Part shown: one piece after another, positions 1 through 9,073 of the stretch
Position numbering within the stretch: the first letter of the stretch is position 1
How the letters are laid out: each line of letters opens with the position of its first letter
DNA from: Myxococcota bacterium
GTDB lineage: Bacteria; Myxococcota; UBA4151
Length of the DNA stretch: 23,156 bases
Assembly: GCA_036338695.1 (NCBI GenBank)
Contig: JAYZBQ010000082.1
Location: 1 to 23,156 of the forward strand
Reading direction: 5' to 3'
Position numbers and translations under genes: made by a program
The notes under the pieces: generated by a model
The model's input: the letters and a program-made list of their open reading frames with translations, nothing else
What the model was told of the DNA's origin: nothing
Databases searched by the model: none

Positions 1-771
1 GGATGGGTGTTTGCCTCCATCGATTACCGAACCACCGAGGAATTGTGTGACGCAGAAGAGATGGCGCCATGCGAAGGTAAGCTCGCGGCGCTCGCCCAAG
101 CTGGGATCGATGAGCTCGTTGAGTTTTATCGGGGTATCGCGCCGCGAGCGTGGATTGAGTACCTTATCGAGCAGCAGCCAGGGTCAATCGGCGCGCTCCA
201 GCAAGGGATTGCGCAGTACCCAGCGCAACGAGACGCCAAAGCAGCGCTTCGCTGGATTGTAGCCAACGCCAGCACCTACAAGGTCAACACCGACTACATC
301 ACAGTCGGCGGCGCCTCAGCTGGCGCCGTGACCACGCTGGCTTTAGGTATCTCCAACCCCGATGACTTTCGCGACGAACTCTCCTCCGGGGATGACTCGA
401 CGCTGTCCACAACGCATCTCGATACGACCTATGATGTGAAATCCATGGTGTATTTCTGGGGATCAAACGCCAAACTCGACCTCTTTGAGGGGGTCTATGA
501 GTTAGAGCAGTACGACCGATACGACAGCTCAGACCCCGAGCTGTTTATGGCGCATGGTACGGCACCGGACCGTGTCACACCGTATGACGAGGCGCTCGAA
601 ATGCAGACCATCTACTCCGATATTGGAGTCCACAGCGAGCTGGCGACGATCCTTCAGCCCGATGGCAGCCCTGCGGGTCACGGTGCCTGGGATGGGCAAG
701 TCGATGGCAAAGGCTTGTCGGAGCTGAGCTTCAATTTCTTGGTCGAGCGACAAGGCATCAATCGCCAATAG
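1..771 (+). CDS. Alpha/beta-hydrolase fold esterase/lipase (5'-truncated by window)
   Basis: Frame is open from base 1 (GWVFASIDYR, typical of this family). QRDAKAALRW helix, nucleophile elbow G-A-S-A-G, AHGTAPD (acid) and GHGAW (His). Confidence 0.85.
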   Translation, partial: GWVFASIDYRTTEELCDAEEMAPCEGKLAALAQAGIDELVEFYRGIAPRAWIEYLIEQQPGSIGALQQGIAQYPAQRDAKAALRWIVANASTYKVNTDYITVGGASAGAVTTLALGISNPDDFRDELSSGDDSTLSTTHLDTTYDVKSMVYFWGSNAKLDLFEGVYELEQYDRYDSSDPELFMAHGTAPDRVTPYDEALEMQTIYSDIGVHSELATILQPDGSPAGHGAWDGQVDGKGLSELSFNFLVERQGINRQ

Positions 772-880
772 AGATCACTCACTCAAGGGGGCGTGCGCAG
801 CGGTCTGTTTGAGGTCATTCATTGGCGTTGCACCAGACAAACGCCACCGCGTCGCTCATAGGCACTAAAGAGGTAGGATC

Positions 881-1789
881 ATGAGAGGTCTTTTCGTCGT
901 CATCATCTCCTTGTTGGTTGGGTGTTCGGGGAGCTCATCCGATAACACGGTGGCTCCGGACGCGTCCGCCAAGCCGGGTGCGCAAGGCCTCAAGAGCCTG
1001 TACATGGGTCACAGCTATTTTCGCCGTCAGGCAGAGGCGATGCAAGAGTACGCTGAGCTCGCCGGTATCGAAGGTCATGACTCAACAACGATCTTCTATG
1101 GTGGCTTCAAAGGTTCTGCTGCCGCCATCTGGAACAACGAATCAGCGACTGATTCGCAGGCGACGGTTAAGGATCACCTCGACGGGGGCGATGTCGAGAT
1201 GCTCGGCATGACCATCTTTGTCGATGAGGAAGCCCCCGAAGGCGACGTGAGGCATATCGACAGCCAGATACAGGGGCTCAAGAACTGGATTGAATACGCC
1301 CGGTCAAAGAATCCAGACACCATCTTCTTTGTCGCCTTGCCGTGGTTGGGGCGCCCCTTAGAGTATGTCGGGGAGACCGGCGACCCTCAAACCAGCGGTC
1401 ATGAGGCGTATCGGGCACGGATCCTTGAGGCAGAGACCGGGATCAAGTCGCTCATCGACGAGTTACGGAACACCTTCGAGGATTCAGAGATCTTCCTGCT
1501 CGCTTACGGTCAGGGCTCGGTGGAGTTACGCACGCTGTACAACACGGGCAATCTACCAGACGTTGACACCCTCGTAAGTCACAATGGACTGCTTGGCATT
1601 CATAGCGATGAGCACGGCCACGCAGAGCAGTTGCTGACCGATTTAAACACCCTGATCTGGCTTGAGTCGATCTACGACTACAACGTGCTCGAGTTGAGCA
1701 AAGAGTATACCTACACAACGGACATCAAGCAGCTCGCACACGACGTGGCAAATCGACAAAGCCCCGACTACAGGAGGCGCTTTCCCTAG
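881..1789 (+). CDS. Lipoprotein, SGNH-hydrolase-like (paralog of 8049-8969)
   Basis: RBS-like GAGGTAGG before ATG. Lipobox LLVG-C, motif LYMGHSY, C-terminal DEHGH. Confidence 0.7.
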   Translation: MRGLFVVIISLLVGCSGSSSDNTVAPDASAKPGAQGLKSLYMGHSYFRRQAEAMQEYAELAGIEGHDSTTIFYGGFKGSAAAIWNNESATDSQATVKDHLDGGDVEMLGMTIFVDEEAPEGDVRHIDSQIQGLKNWIEYARSKNPDTIFFVALPWLGRPLEYVGETGDPQTSGHEAYRARILEAETGIKSLIDELRNTFEDSEIFLLAYGQGSVELRTLYNTGNLPDVDTLVSHNGLLGIHSDEHGHAEQLLTDLNTLIWLESIYDYNVLELSKEYTYTTDIKQLAHDVANRQSPDYRRRFP

Positions 1790-1975
1790 GCCCGTGCCTC
1801 AATGGGGGCATACGATCGAGCGAGCGCTCATCGAAGAAGACTCTTGCTCGCTGTGTCGACCCGTCTGATCAGCTCATCTCGCAGCAGCGGTGGTCGTCGG
1901 TCACACGAGTCTGCGCCAGCTGATCTGAGGTGTCTGAGTTGCCGCTGCCGGCAGGATGCGTCACAGTTGGCAGGC

Positions 1976-2512
1976 ATGTGTGCGCTCAGCTATCGAGACA
2001 TCGACCCCAACCGAGTAGAGGACTGCGAGCTCTTGGCGCGCTGGTACAACGACCCATCGCTCAAGCACCTATACAGCCTCTTTCCCGACGCGCAGAGCCT
2101 GGCACGAGACTTCACGCCCGAGTACCTTGCACGGTACTTACTCAATCCATCGCGCACCGGACCCTATCGAAACCTGATGGTCCTTGCAGACGGTGCGCCG
2201 GTCGGACAGGCGACCTTTGAGATGGACACACCCAAACTTTTGACCAAGCTCCCCCAAACTGCCTGGCTCGCGCTCATCATCGGTGAGGCAAAGCTGCGAC
2301 GGCGGCGACTCGGGACGCACATCGTCTCGCACCTCGAGCGCCTCGCAGGCGGCGCCGGCGCTGCGCGCATCGAGATCGGTGTTTTCGAATACAACGAGCG
2401 AGCGCTCAGCTTCTTTGACCAGCTCGGCTACGTCGCGTTTGAGCGCCGAGCGGAGCGAGCCTTTTGGGATGGACGGCTGTGGTCCGAGATCCGCCTCCTC
2501 AAAACCTTGTGA
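1976..2512 (+). CDS. GNAT family N-acetyltransferase (RimJ/RimL-like)
   Basis: RRRRLGT acetyl-CoA motif A and VFEYNERALSFFDQLGY motif B. Start moved to ATG 1976 because the upstream extension looks non-coding. Confidence 0.8.
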   Translation: MCALSYRDIDPNRVEDCELLARWYNDPSLKHLYSLFPDAQSLARDFTPEYLARYLLNPSRTGPYRNLMVLADGAPVGQATFEMDTPKLLTKLPQTAWLALIIGEAKLRRRRLGTHIVSHLERLAGGAGAARIEIGVFEYNERALSFFDQLGYVAFERRAERAFWDGRLWSEIRLLKTL

Positions 2513-2572
2513 GGGAACCTAGGGTGCGCGCCGCTCAGAAACCTATACCCACGCCGTCGAGGCGTGGTGCCG

Positions 2573-3799
2573 TCATTCCTCGCCCTCGACACCTTCCCCT
2601 CTCCTGCTCAACACCAAGCAATAAATCCAACACAGCGCAGCCAATCCGAAGGTGACCCAAGCGCCCGCAGCCGGATCACCCAGGCGATCTGACACCCAGC
2701 CAGCGAGCACGCCAGCAAGCGCACCGCCCAACGAGAGCAGACACAGATCTGTCGCTGCGACGCGACCGAGCAAATGGTCGGGTGTGCGGGCTTGAACCTC
2801 AGCTGTCGAGATGACCCAGTTGTGTCCTTGACCGACCCCCCAGAGCGCCAGCGCTAGGATCGAGACCCAGAGGGCATCAAACCCGACAAAAAGCGCCATA
2901 CCCGTAAAGGCAACCAGGCTGCCGACGCGGGGATCCCGAGGGATGACCGACGTGGGCATCAGAGGGCCGATCCCGGTGCCCACGGCGCGTACACATTGCA
3001 TCACGCCGATGGCGACGGCGACACTCAGGGCGCTTAGCCGCTCACCGGCGACGAGGTTCAGCGTCACCCAGGCGCCCCCGTTGAAGATGATGGGCGGTGT
3101 TTTAGCGAGAACGTTCGCCATAAGCTGGGGGCGCGCCATAACGAAACGCCAAGCCCTGTGCATGTCGGCGAAGCCTACACGGGGCGGCCCCTCGGCGCTG
3201 AGTTGTGGCTTGAGCGCCGGGAGGCTCGAGGCGACCAAAGCAGCTAAAATGAAGGTCATGGCATCGAGCAAGATCGCGCCGCTCGGGCTGAGATACTCCG
3301 TCGCGAATCCACCCAGCGACAGCCCGACGGCGAACATCACCGACCACGTCAGTCCGAGCAGCGCGTTTGCGAGGCGAAGGTCCTCTCGGCCGACCAGCGA
3401 CGGAATCGCAGCGGAGCGCGCGGTCATCGCCACCCCGGACAAACAGACACGGACAAAAAGCACCGCCTGCAAGAGCCACACTGCGCCGTGCTGCGCAGCC
3501 CCCCACATACCCAAAGTGAGCGACGCGGCGCCGAGGTAGCCGCCAACGATCAACCACCGTCGATCAAGGCGGTCAGCGAGCGGGCCGGCGATCGGCGTCA
3601 TCAGCGCCGTCGGCAGCGAGTGTACGAAGAGCACCATACCGACCGCAAAGGCGCCGTCTCCCTTTTGCACCGAGATGACCGCCACGGCGATGTAGCTCAG
3701 CCAATCACCGATCAACGAGACCATGTGGCTGATCCACAGTTTGCGGAAGTCAGGCTTGGTGACGATGAGCCGAGCGAAGCCTCGGAGGTCTTTACGCAT
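2573..3799 (-). CDS. MFS transporter (DHA3/EntS/MefA-like)
   Basis: FRKLWISHMVSLIGDW N-terminus, motif A GPLADRLDRR, TPDHLLGRV, about 12 hydrophobic segments. Start ATG 3799 is inferred. Confidence 0.9.
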   Translation of the reverse strand: MRKDLRGFARLIVTKPDFRKLWISHMVSLIGDWLSYIAVAVISVQKGDGAFAVGMVLFVHSLPTALMTPIAGPLADRLDRRWLIVGGYLGAASLTLGMWGAAQHGAVWLLQAVLFVRVCLSGVAMTARSAAIPSLVGREDLRLANALLGLTWSVMFAVGLSLGGFATEYLSPSGAILLDAMTFILAALVASSLPALKPQLSAEGPPRVGFADMHRAWRFVMARPQLMANVLAKTPPIIFNGGAWVTLNLVAGERLSALSVAVAIGVMQCVRAVGTGIGPLMPTSVIPRDPRVGSLVAFTGMALFVGFDALWVSILALALWGVGQGHNWVISTAEVQARTPDHLLGRVAATDLCLLSLGGALAGVLAGWVSDRLGDPAAGAWVTFGLAALCWIYCLVLSRRGEGVEGEE

Positions 3800-4137
3800 G
3801 AGACGTTGCGCTTGGCGGTGACGCGCAAGAGCGGCACCTTGCGCGCAGGTCACACGCTAGCTGTTCTCGACCCTCCACGCGACGCTCCTAACCCTCGATC
3901 GTACGATCGAGGTGTCTGGACGCTGGCACGCCGAGCACCCGAGTGGCAAACCATCCTGATCACCTGCTTCACCATGCCCTAACTAGGGAGGTCTCGCACA
4001 CCGACGTGCGAACCACAGGAGAACCCATGGCTCGACGGCGACGCAAAGCATCAACGGGCTGCGCCCGTGAGATCCCCTTTCGCTTCAATGCGCTCTGCGC
4101 TAACCCTCAACGCTGCCTGAGCCCTTGGAGTTTATAC

Positions 4138-5634
4138 TTGTTGTCCCCACTCCGCTGCGCCGCGCTGGCGCTCGCCCTCGTCGCCTGTTCGCCTGCTCGC
4201 GAGGAGCCGCCTGCGGCTTCGTCGCGCGACGCCGGAGCCGCCTTGGACGCAAGCGCCGCGGTGGATGCGAGTGCCCCTATCGAGGCGCCGCGCTGGGTCC
4301 AAGTCAGCGTCGGCAATCGTCATGGCTGCGGGGTGACCGGGCGTCAGCAGGTGGTGTGCTGGGGGGATAACGAGCACGGGGCGGCGAGCCCACCGACGGA
4401 CCAGACCTTCATCGGGGTGACCGTCGGCGAACAGCACAGCTGCGGGATCACGACCTCGGCGCAAGCGGTCTGCTGGGGTTTGAACAACTACGGTCAAGCG
4501 GGTGCGCCGGCTGGCAACTTTTCACGGGTGAGCGCCGGCTGGGCGCACTCTTGCGGCGTGATGGAATCCGGCGAGCTGACCTGTTGGGGGCTCAACACGC
4601 ACGGGCAGGCGAGCCCACCTGAGGGGCGCTCCTGGGCGCGTGTGAGCGCAGCGGTCACCCACACCTGCGGCGTCACAACCGACGGAGAGGTCATCTGCTG
4701 GGGCTCGAATCGGTTCGGTGAATCAAGCGCGCCCGAGGGGCAACGCTTTACCACCGTCACCACCGCACGCGCCCACAGCTGCGGGATCAACGAGGCGGGC
4801 GCCGTGCGCTGCTGGGGCAGTCAGAGCAACGGCATGCTCGAGCCGGTTGAAGGTGTCCGCTACCGTCAGCTCGACGCCGCGAGCTACCACACCTGCGGGC
4901 TCAGCGTGGACGGTCAGGCGCTCTGCTTTGGCTGGAACGACGACGGGCAGAACGAGCCGCCCGAGGGGCTCTCCTTTGCGACGCTAAGCGCCGGTGGGGC
5001 GACCTCATGCGGCGTCACGCGCGATGGGGAGGCACGCTGCTGGGGGCGCGACGACGAGGGACAAGCGAGCCCGCCAGACCTGGGCGCCCTGCCCCCGTCA
5101 ACCGACTCAAGCCCGATCGGCGAGCCCGCAGCGCCTGCTCTCTACTGCGCAGGCAGCGACCGCACCCTCGACACCTGCGCCGCCGAGGTGAACTACGACC
5201 CGTGGATCGCCTCCACCGGGGAGACGCATTACTGGATCCGTCACCGGAAGACGGGCGTGATCCCCTTCCTCCCCACCTATGAGGCGGGCGTGGACGTCGG
5301 TTTTTTACAGATTACCAGCGGGATGGCGACTCGTGACCCGCAGACCGAAGATATCTTCCACCTCTGGTTCTCGACCACGCCCAACGGGCCGGCGCTCGAG
5401 GGTACGCGCTGTGCGTGGTACACGCAGCAGGCGCGCGGCAGCGTCTACTGGTCGTGGCGTGAGGAACACGCAGACTCGGTCTGCATCCTGCCCAAAGGAC
5501 CGCAGATACTGTACGTCAACTTCGAGACGCGCTGCTATGCGCCGCGCTATGACGGCGCCTGCGATGACGACACCAAGCAAAAGTCCGACCGAACCTATCA
5601 ATTCGACATCGCGCGTGGGCTGGTCTGGCGTTAG
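4138..5634 (+). CDS. RCC1/BLIP-II repeat beta-propeller lipoprotein with uncharacterised Cys-containing C-terminal domain
   Basis: Seven ~38-aa repeats (V-S-x-G-x-x-H-x-C-G...C-W-G-x-N-x-x-G-Q). GGAG at 4127-4130 precedes in-frame TTG 4138, giving a signal peptide with lipobox LVA-C. The ORF is open from 3943, so the start is uncertain. Confidence 0.8.
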   Translation: MLSPLRCAALALALVACSPAREEPPAASSRDAGAALDASAAVDASAPIEAPRWVQVSVGNRHGCGVTGRQQVVCWGDNEHGAASPPTDQTFIGVTVGEQHSCGITTSAQAVCWGLNNYGQAGAPAGNFSRVSAGWAHSCGVMESGELTCWGLNTHGQASPPEGRSWARVSAAVTHTCGVTTDGEVICWGSNRFGESSAPEGQRFTTVTTARAHSCGINEAGAVRCWGSQSNGMLEPVEGVRYRQLDAASYHTCGLSVDGQALCFGWNDDGQNEPPEGLSFATLSAGGATSCGVTRDGEARCWGRDDEGQASPPDLGALPPSTDSSPIGEPAAPALYCAGSDRTLDTCAAEVNYDPWIASTGETHYWIRHRKTGVIPFLPTYEAGVDVGFLQITSGMATRDPQTEDIFHLWFSTTPNGPALEGTRCAWYTQQARGSVYWSWREEHADSVCILPKGPQILYVNFETRCYAPRYDGACDDDTKQKSDRTYQFDIARGLVWR

Positions 5635-5648
5635 CGGCTGGCGCGCGA

Positions 5649-6605
5649 TCAGACCATCGAGCCGACCAGCTCGTCGAGACGCGCCATCATCCTCTTGATC
5701 TCAACCTCTGGGACCCGCACGCGCTTGGACATCATCAACGGCGCGCGCGCCCGATCGAACCAAAATCCCGAGGTCTCGTCGAGCGAGGGATCAGGCGCGC
5801 CGACGAGCCAAGAGATGGTGTCTGCGCCCTGCGACGGCGTCCGTAGGATCGCCTGCGTCAGCAGCGTAAACTTGGGCATCGCGCGGCGGATCGCAGGCGT
5901 ATCAACCCACCCCGGGTGCATCGAGTGTACACCGACGCCCAGCGGTGCGAGGCGCGCGTGCAGTTGATCTGCCAAGACCACCTGTGCGCGCTTGGTGTGG
6001 GCGTAATGGCGCATACCGTCGTAGCGTCCGGTCGGCGCAAAAAGCTCAGCGGCGTTGAGCCCCTGTGTGTACATGCCGCCCGAGGCCACGAAGATGATGC
6101 GCGCCGGGCGGTCTGCAGCGCCCGCTGCGAGCTGCTCTTTGAGCCCAAGGGAGAGGAGATGGGGGCCCACCACATGCAAGCTGGTGATGTACTCGACCTG
6201 CTCCGCGGTAAAATCGCAGCGATCGACCATGTTGCCGGCGTTATGAACCAGCCCATGGAGCGGTCCGTCGACCCGCTCGATCAGCTCAGCGACGCTCGCA
6301 AGGTCTGCCATGTCGACTTGGTGCAGCGAGAGCTCGGCTGCTGGAGTACGCTCTTTGAGCGCAGCCATCGCTGCGCGCCCACGCTCGAGGGAGCGGCACG
6401 CCAAAAGCACCTGCGCCCCGCGCGCGGCGAGCTGCTCCACCGCAGCGAAACCGATCCCGGAGTTGCAGCCCGTCACCAAGTAACGCTGTCCGTCCAGCCG
6501 CTGCGAATCACTGTGGCGGTCAAACCCTTGCGCGTGGCGTGCAAAGCCGGTGCGATCAAATGAGAACACGACGCTGCGGTCCAGCGCTTGATGCCACCAA
6601 CTCAT
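5649..6605 (-). CDS. Short-chain dehydrogenase/reductase (DHRS12-like)
   Basis: TGCNSGIG cofactor motif, HNAG, YAHTK catalytic YxxxK, MHPGWVDTP. Confidence 0.92.
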   Translation of the reverse strand: MSWWHQALDRSVVFSFDRTGFARHAQGFDRHSDSQRLDGQRYLVTGCNSGIGFAAVEQLAARGAQVLLACRSLERGRAAMAALKERTPAAELSLHQVDMADLASVAELIERVDGPLHGLVHNAGNMVDRCDFTAEQVEYITSLHVVGPHLLSLGLKEQLAAGAADRPARIIFVASGGMYTQGLNAAELFAPTGRYDGMRHYAHTKRAQVVLADQLHARLAPLGVGVHSMHPGWVDTPAIRRAMPKFTLLTQAILRTPSQGADTISWLVGAPDPSLDETSGFWFDRARAPLMMSKRVRVPEVEIKRMMARLDELVGSMV

Positions 6606-6785
6606 CGCAGGTCACCGCCTCTCGATTCTGCGCACCGTGAGGTTCTATAGCCCCCCACACAGAATCAGCAAGCAGCGCTGCCTTTGGCTCGGTTTTTCAA
6701 AGCATCTCGATCAGGTTACGCTCGCACGAGAGCCTCTATCGGAGGCGTCACCCGGCCCCCTCTCGATCAGCTCAAGGAGCGAAGC

Positions 6786-7127
6786 ATGACCCGAATCGAA
6801 GCGCTCGCACGTCAGCAACTCGACGCCTACAACCGCGGCGACCTCGAGGCCTTTGTCAGCTGCTACCACCCCGCCGTTCGCGTCCTGCGTGGCGAAGAGC
6901 TCACGACGGAGGGTCTCGACGAATTCCGGCGCCGCTATGAGCCGATGTTTGCTCACGGTCAGTTCGGGGCCTCGGTACCGACACGCCTTGCGCTCAATAC
7001 CCACTGCGTGGACGACGAGCTCTGGTGGCGCATCGACCCGGAGAGCGGGGAGCGTTCGGAGGGGCGCGTCTTGGTCCGCTATCACGAGCGAGATGGCTTG
7101 ATCGGAACCGTTCAGTTCCTGAGCTGA
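6786..7127 (+). CDS. SnoaL-like / NTF2 family protein
   Basis: AAGGAG RBS before ATG 6786. QLDAYNRGDLEAFVSCY N-terminal helix motif, G..EFRRRY, CVDDE. Confidence 0.85.
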   Translation: MTRIEALARQQLDAYNRGDLEAFVSCYHPAVRVLRGEELTTEGLDEFRRRYEPMFAHGQFGASVPTRLALNTHCVDDELWWRIDPESGERSEGRVLVRYHERDGLIGTVQFLS

Positions 7128-7134
7128 TCGCAGC

Positions 7135-7812
7135 TCATCCTGACGTCGTGCGGGCGCGCCCCATCAGCGGTTCGCCACCTTTCTCAAGGGCTCGAGCGAA
7201 GGCAGGTCTCGCCTGCACACGATCCAACCAAGCCTGCGTGTTGGGTCGATCGGGCAACAGCTCTGCGCGCACAAAACTCGCCTGGATCGGATACACCATC
7301 TGGATATCCGCAGCAGAGAACACATCGCCTGCGAAGTAGCTGCGCCCTTCGAGCGCCTGCTCGATCCAGCCAAAGTGCGTTGCAAGCTCACCGTTCGTGA
7401 ACTGCTGGTCAACCTTGTCGGCGACCCCTCGCACGATCGGCTTGATCAAAAAGGGCACCTTGGCGCTGCGCACCGTCCCCATGATCAGCTTGAGCAGCAG
7501 CGGGGTCATCGCCGAGCCCTCAGCGTAATGCATCCAGTAGGTGTAATCCTCACGTCCACCATTCGGCGCGCCGAGTCGCCCCTCGCGCTCGACTAAGTAG
7601 GTTAAGATCGCTCCAGACTCTGCGATCACCTTGCCGTCGATCTCAAGCAGCGGGAAGCGACCGAGCGGATGCAGCGCCTTGGCGCTATCGGGAGCACGAA
7701 GCGTGACCGGGTCGCGCCGGTACGTGACCAACTCATAGTCCAGCTCGAGCTCCTCGAGCGCCCAGATCAGGCGCGTCGAGCGCGAGGTCTTGAGGTGATG
7801 GACTCGGATCAT
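7135..7812 (-). CDS. Glutathione S-transferase
   Basis: HHLKTSRSTRLIWALEEL, HPLGRFPLL, IAESGAI, YFAGDVFSAADIQM. AAGGAG RBS. Confidence 0.95.
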   Translation of the reverse strand: MIRVHHLKTSRSTRLIWALEELELDYELVTYRRDPVTLRAPDSAKALHPLGRFPLLEIDGKVIAESGAILTYLVEREGRLGAPNGGREDYTYWMHYAEGSAMTPLLLKLIMGTVRSAKVPFLIKPIVRGVADKVDQQFTNGELATHFGWIEQALEGRSYFAGDVFSAADIQMVYPIQASFVRAELLPDRPNTQAWLDRVQARPAFARALEKGGEPLMGRARTTSG

Positions 7813-8048
7813 ACGCGCTCCTTGACTGAGGCGCTCAAGCTCAGCTCAGCGCCGGGTGATCGATCGGGGCGATCCGCACCCCACCCGATTATGAACCGTA
7901 CCGAGCGTCGCGTCTATCGTGTCACCGAGGTGACGAGCGTACCCGAGGGGAGCCGAGCCTCTTGCCGCTCCGGGGTCACGCCCGACGCGTCCTTCGAAGT
8001 CGAATCGTCACCACTGTTGATCCCAAACGAACCGCAACGCGCAAGATA

Positions 8049-8969
8049 CTACGGGGTGCGCGTGTAATCGTCCGCGGCGACGATCGCCTGAGCCATCCCG
8101 GCAATGTCCGTCTGATAATTGACCCCGTAGGTCATCTCCGAGACGTCCACTCCATAGATCGCGCCCACCCAAATCGTGGCGCCCATGTTCTTGAAGATGT
8201 CCCCCGCGTGCCCTTTCCGATCCGTGAAAATCGAGCTTGTCCCCGGACCGCGCACGGCGCTGACCTCGGGTAGCTCGCCCGCGTCAAACAGGTTCCAAAG
8301 CTGCGTCGAGGCGCGCCCATGAGGGATCGAGAAAATCTCGACGCCGTCGTAGCGGCTGCGCATCGTATCGATGGTCTGCTTCCACATCGTGTAGCCTTCG
8401 TCCCACCTCGAGCCGAAGCTGGCGCTGTCGTAGCGCTCGGGGAAGTCCGGCCACGGGAAGGCGAGCGCGAAGCGCGTGTTGGGGTTCTGCTCGAGCGCAT
8501 AATCGATCCAATTGACGATCCCTTGGTCATCAGCAGTCTCCAACCAGCCCTCGGAGCAGCAGATCATCACCAAGACGTCGACGTCGCCACCATCGAGGAT
8601 CGCCTGCGCTGCGTTGCGGTCCTCATCATCCCGCCAAAGCGCCATCGGCGCGCCGCTGGCGCCGCCGCTGAAGACGATCTCTTGGCGGTGATTCGGGATC
8701 CCAACCCGCTCGGCGAGCCGTGGAATCTTCTCCGCAAACGGACGCCCAAAACTGTGACCAATGTAGAGCGACTTGAAGCCATCCGTGGGCTCAACGTTCT
8801 GATCGCCTGCGTCGAGTTCAACCGACGCATCGAGCCCAGGCGACGCATCGAGACCAGGTCCTGCGTCCTGCGTTGCGCCCGCTTCACGCGCCGGCGAAGG
8901 CTCCTCGGGGGTTGAGCACCCCATCGGCAACATAAGCACGCCACTGAGCAACCAAAGACTCGCTCGCAT
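8049..8969 (-). CDS. Lipoprotein, SGNH-hydrolase-like (paralog of 881-1789)
   Basis: GAGGAG 8 nt before ATG 8969. Lipobox PMG-C, DAG-rich linker, LYIGHSF, C-terminal DRKGH. Confidence 0.7.
   Translation of the reverse strand: MRASLWLLSGVLMLPMGCSTPEEPSPAREAGATQDAGPGLDASPGLDASVELDAGDQNVEPTDGFKSLYIGHSFGRPFAEKIPRLAERVGIPNHRQEIVFSGGASGAPMALWRDDEDRNAAQAILDGGDVDVLVMICCSEGWLETADDQGIVNWIDYALEQNPNTRFALAFPWPDFPERYDSASFGSRWDEGYTMWKQTIDTMRSRYDGVEIFSIPHGRASTQLWNLFDAGELPEVSAVRGPGTSSIFTDRKGHAGDIFKNMGATIWVGAIYGVDVSEMTYGVNYQTDIAGMAQAIVAADDYTRTP
8823..8858. repeat. Two-copy 18-bp tandem repeat encoding PGLDAS in the lipoprotein linker
   Basis: CGACGCATCGAGCCCAGG / CGACGCATCGAGACCAGG (1 mismatch). Confidence 0.7.
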
Positions 8970-9073
8970 ACGCTCCACTCCTCAGGAGATCATCGGATGC
9001 CAACGTACCATGGGCGCCAGCGAGAGCACAATTGCAGCAGAGTCGATCGAGCATTGTGCTGGACGCATCAACC

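Noticed and set aside
4290..5080. Regular ~114-bp periodicity (tgctgggg) resembling an array
   Set aside because: Explained by RCC1 protein repeats. There are no identical repeats with unique spacers, so it is not CRISPR.
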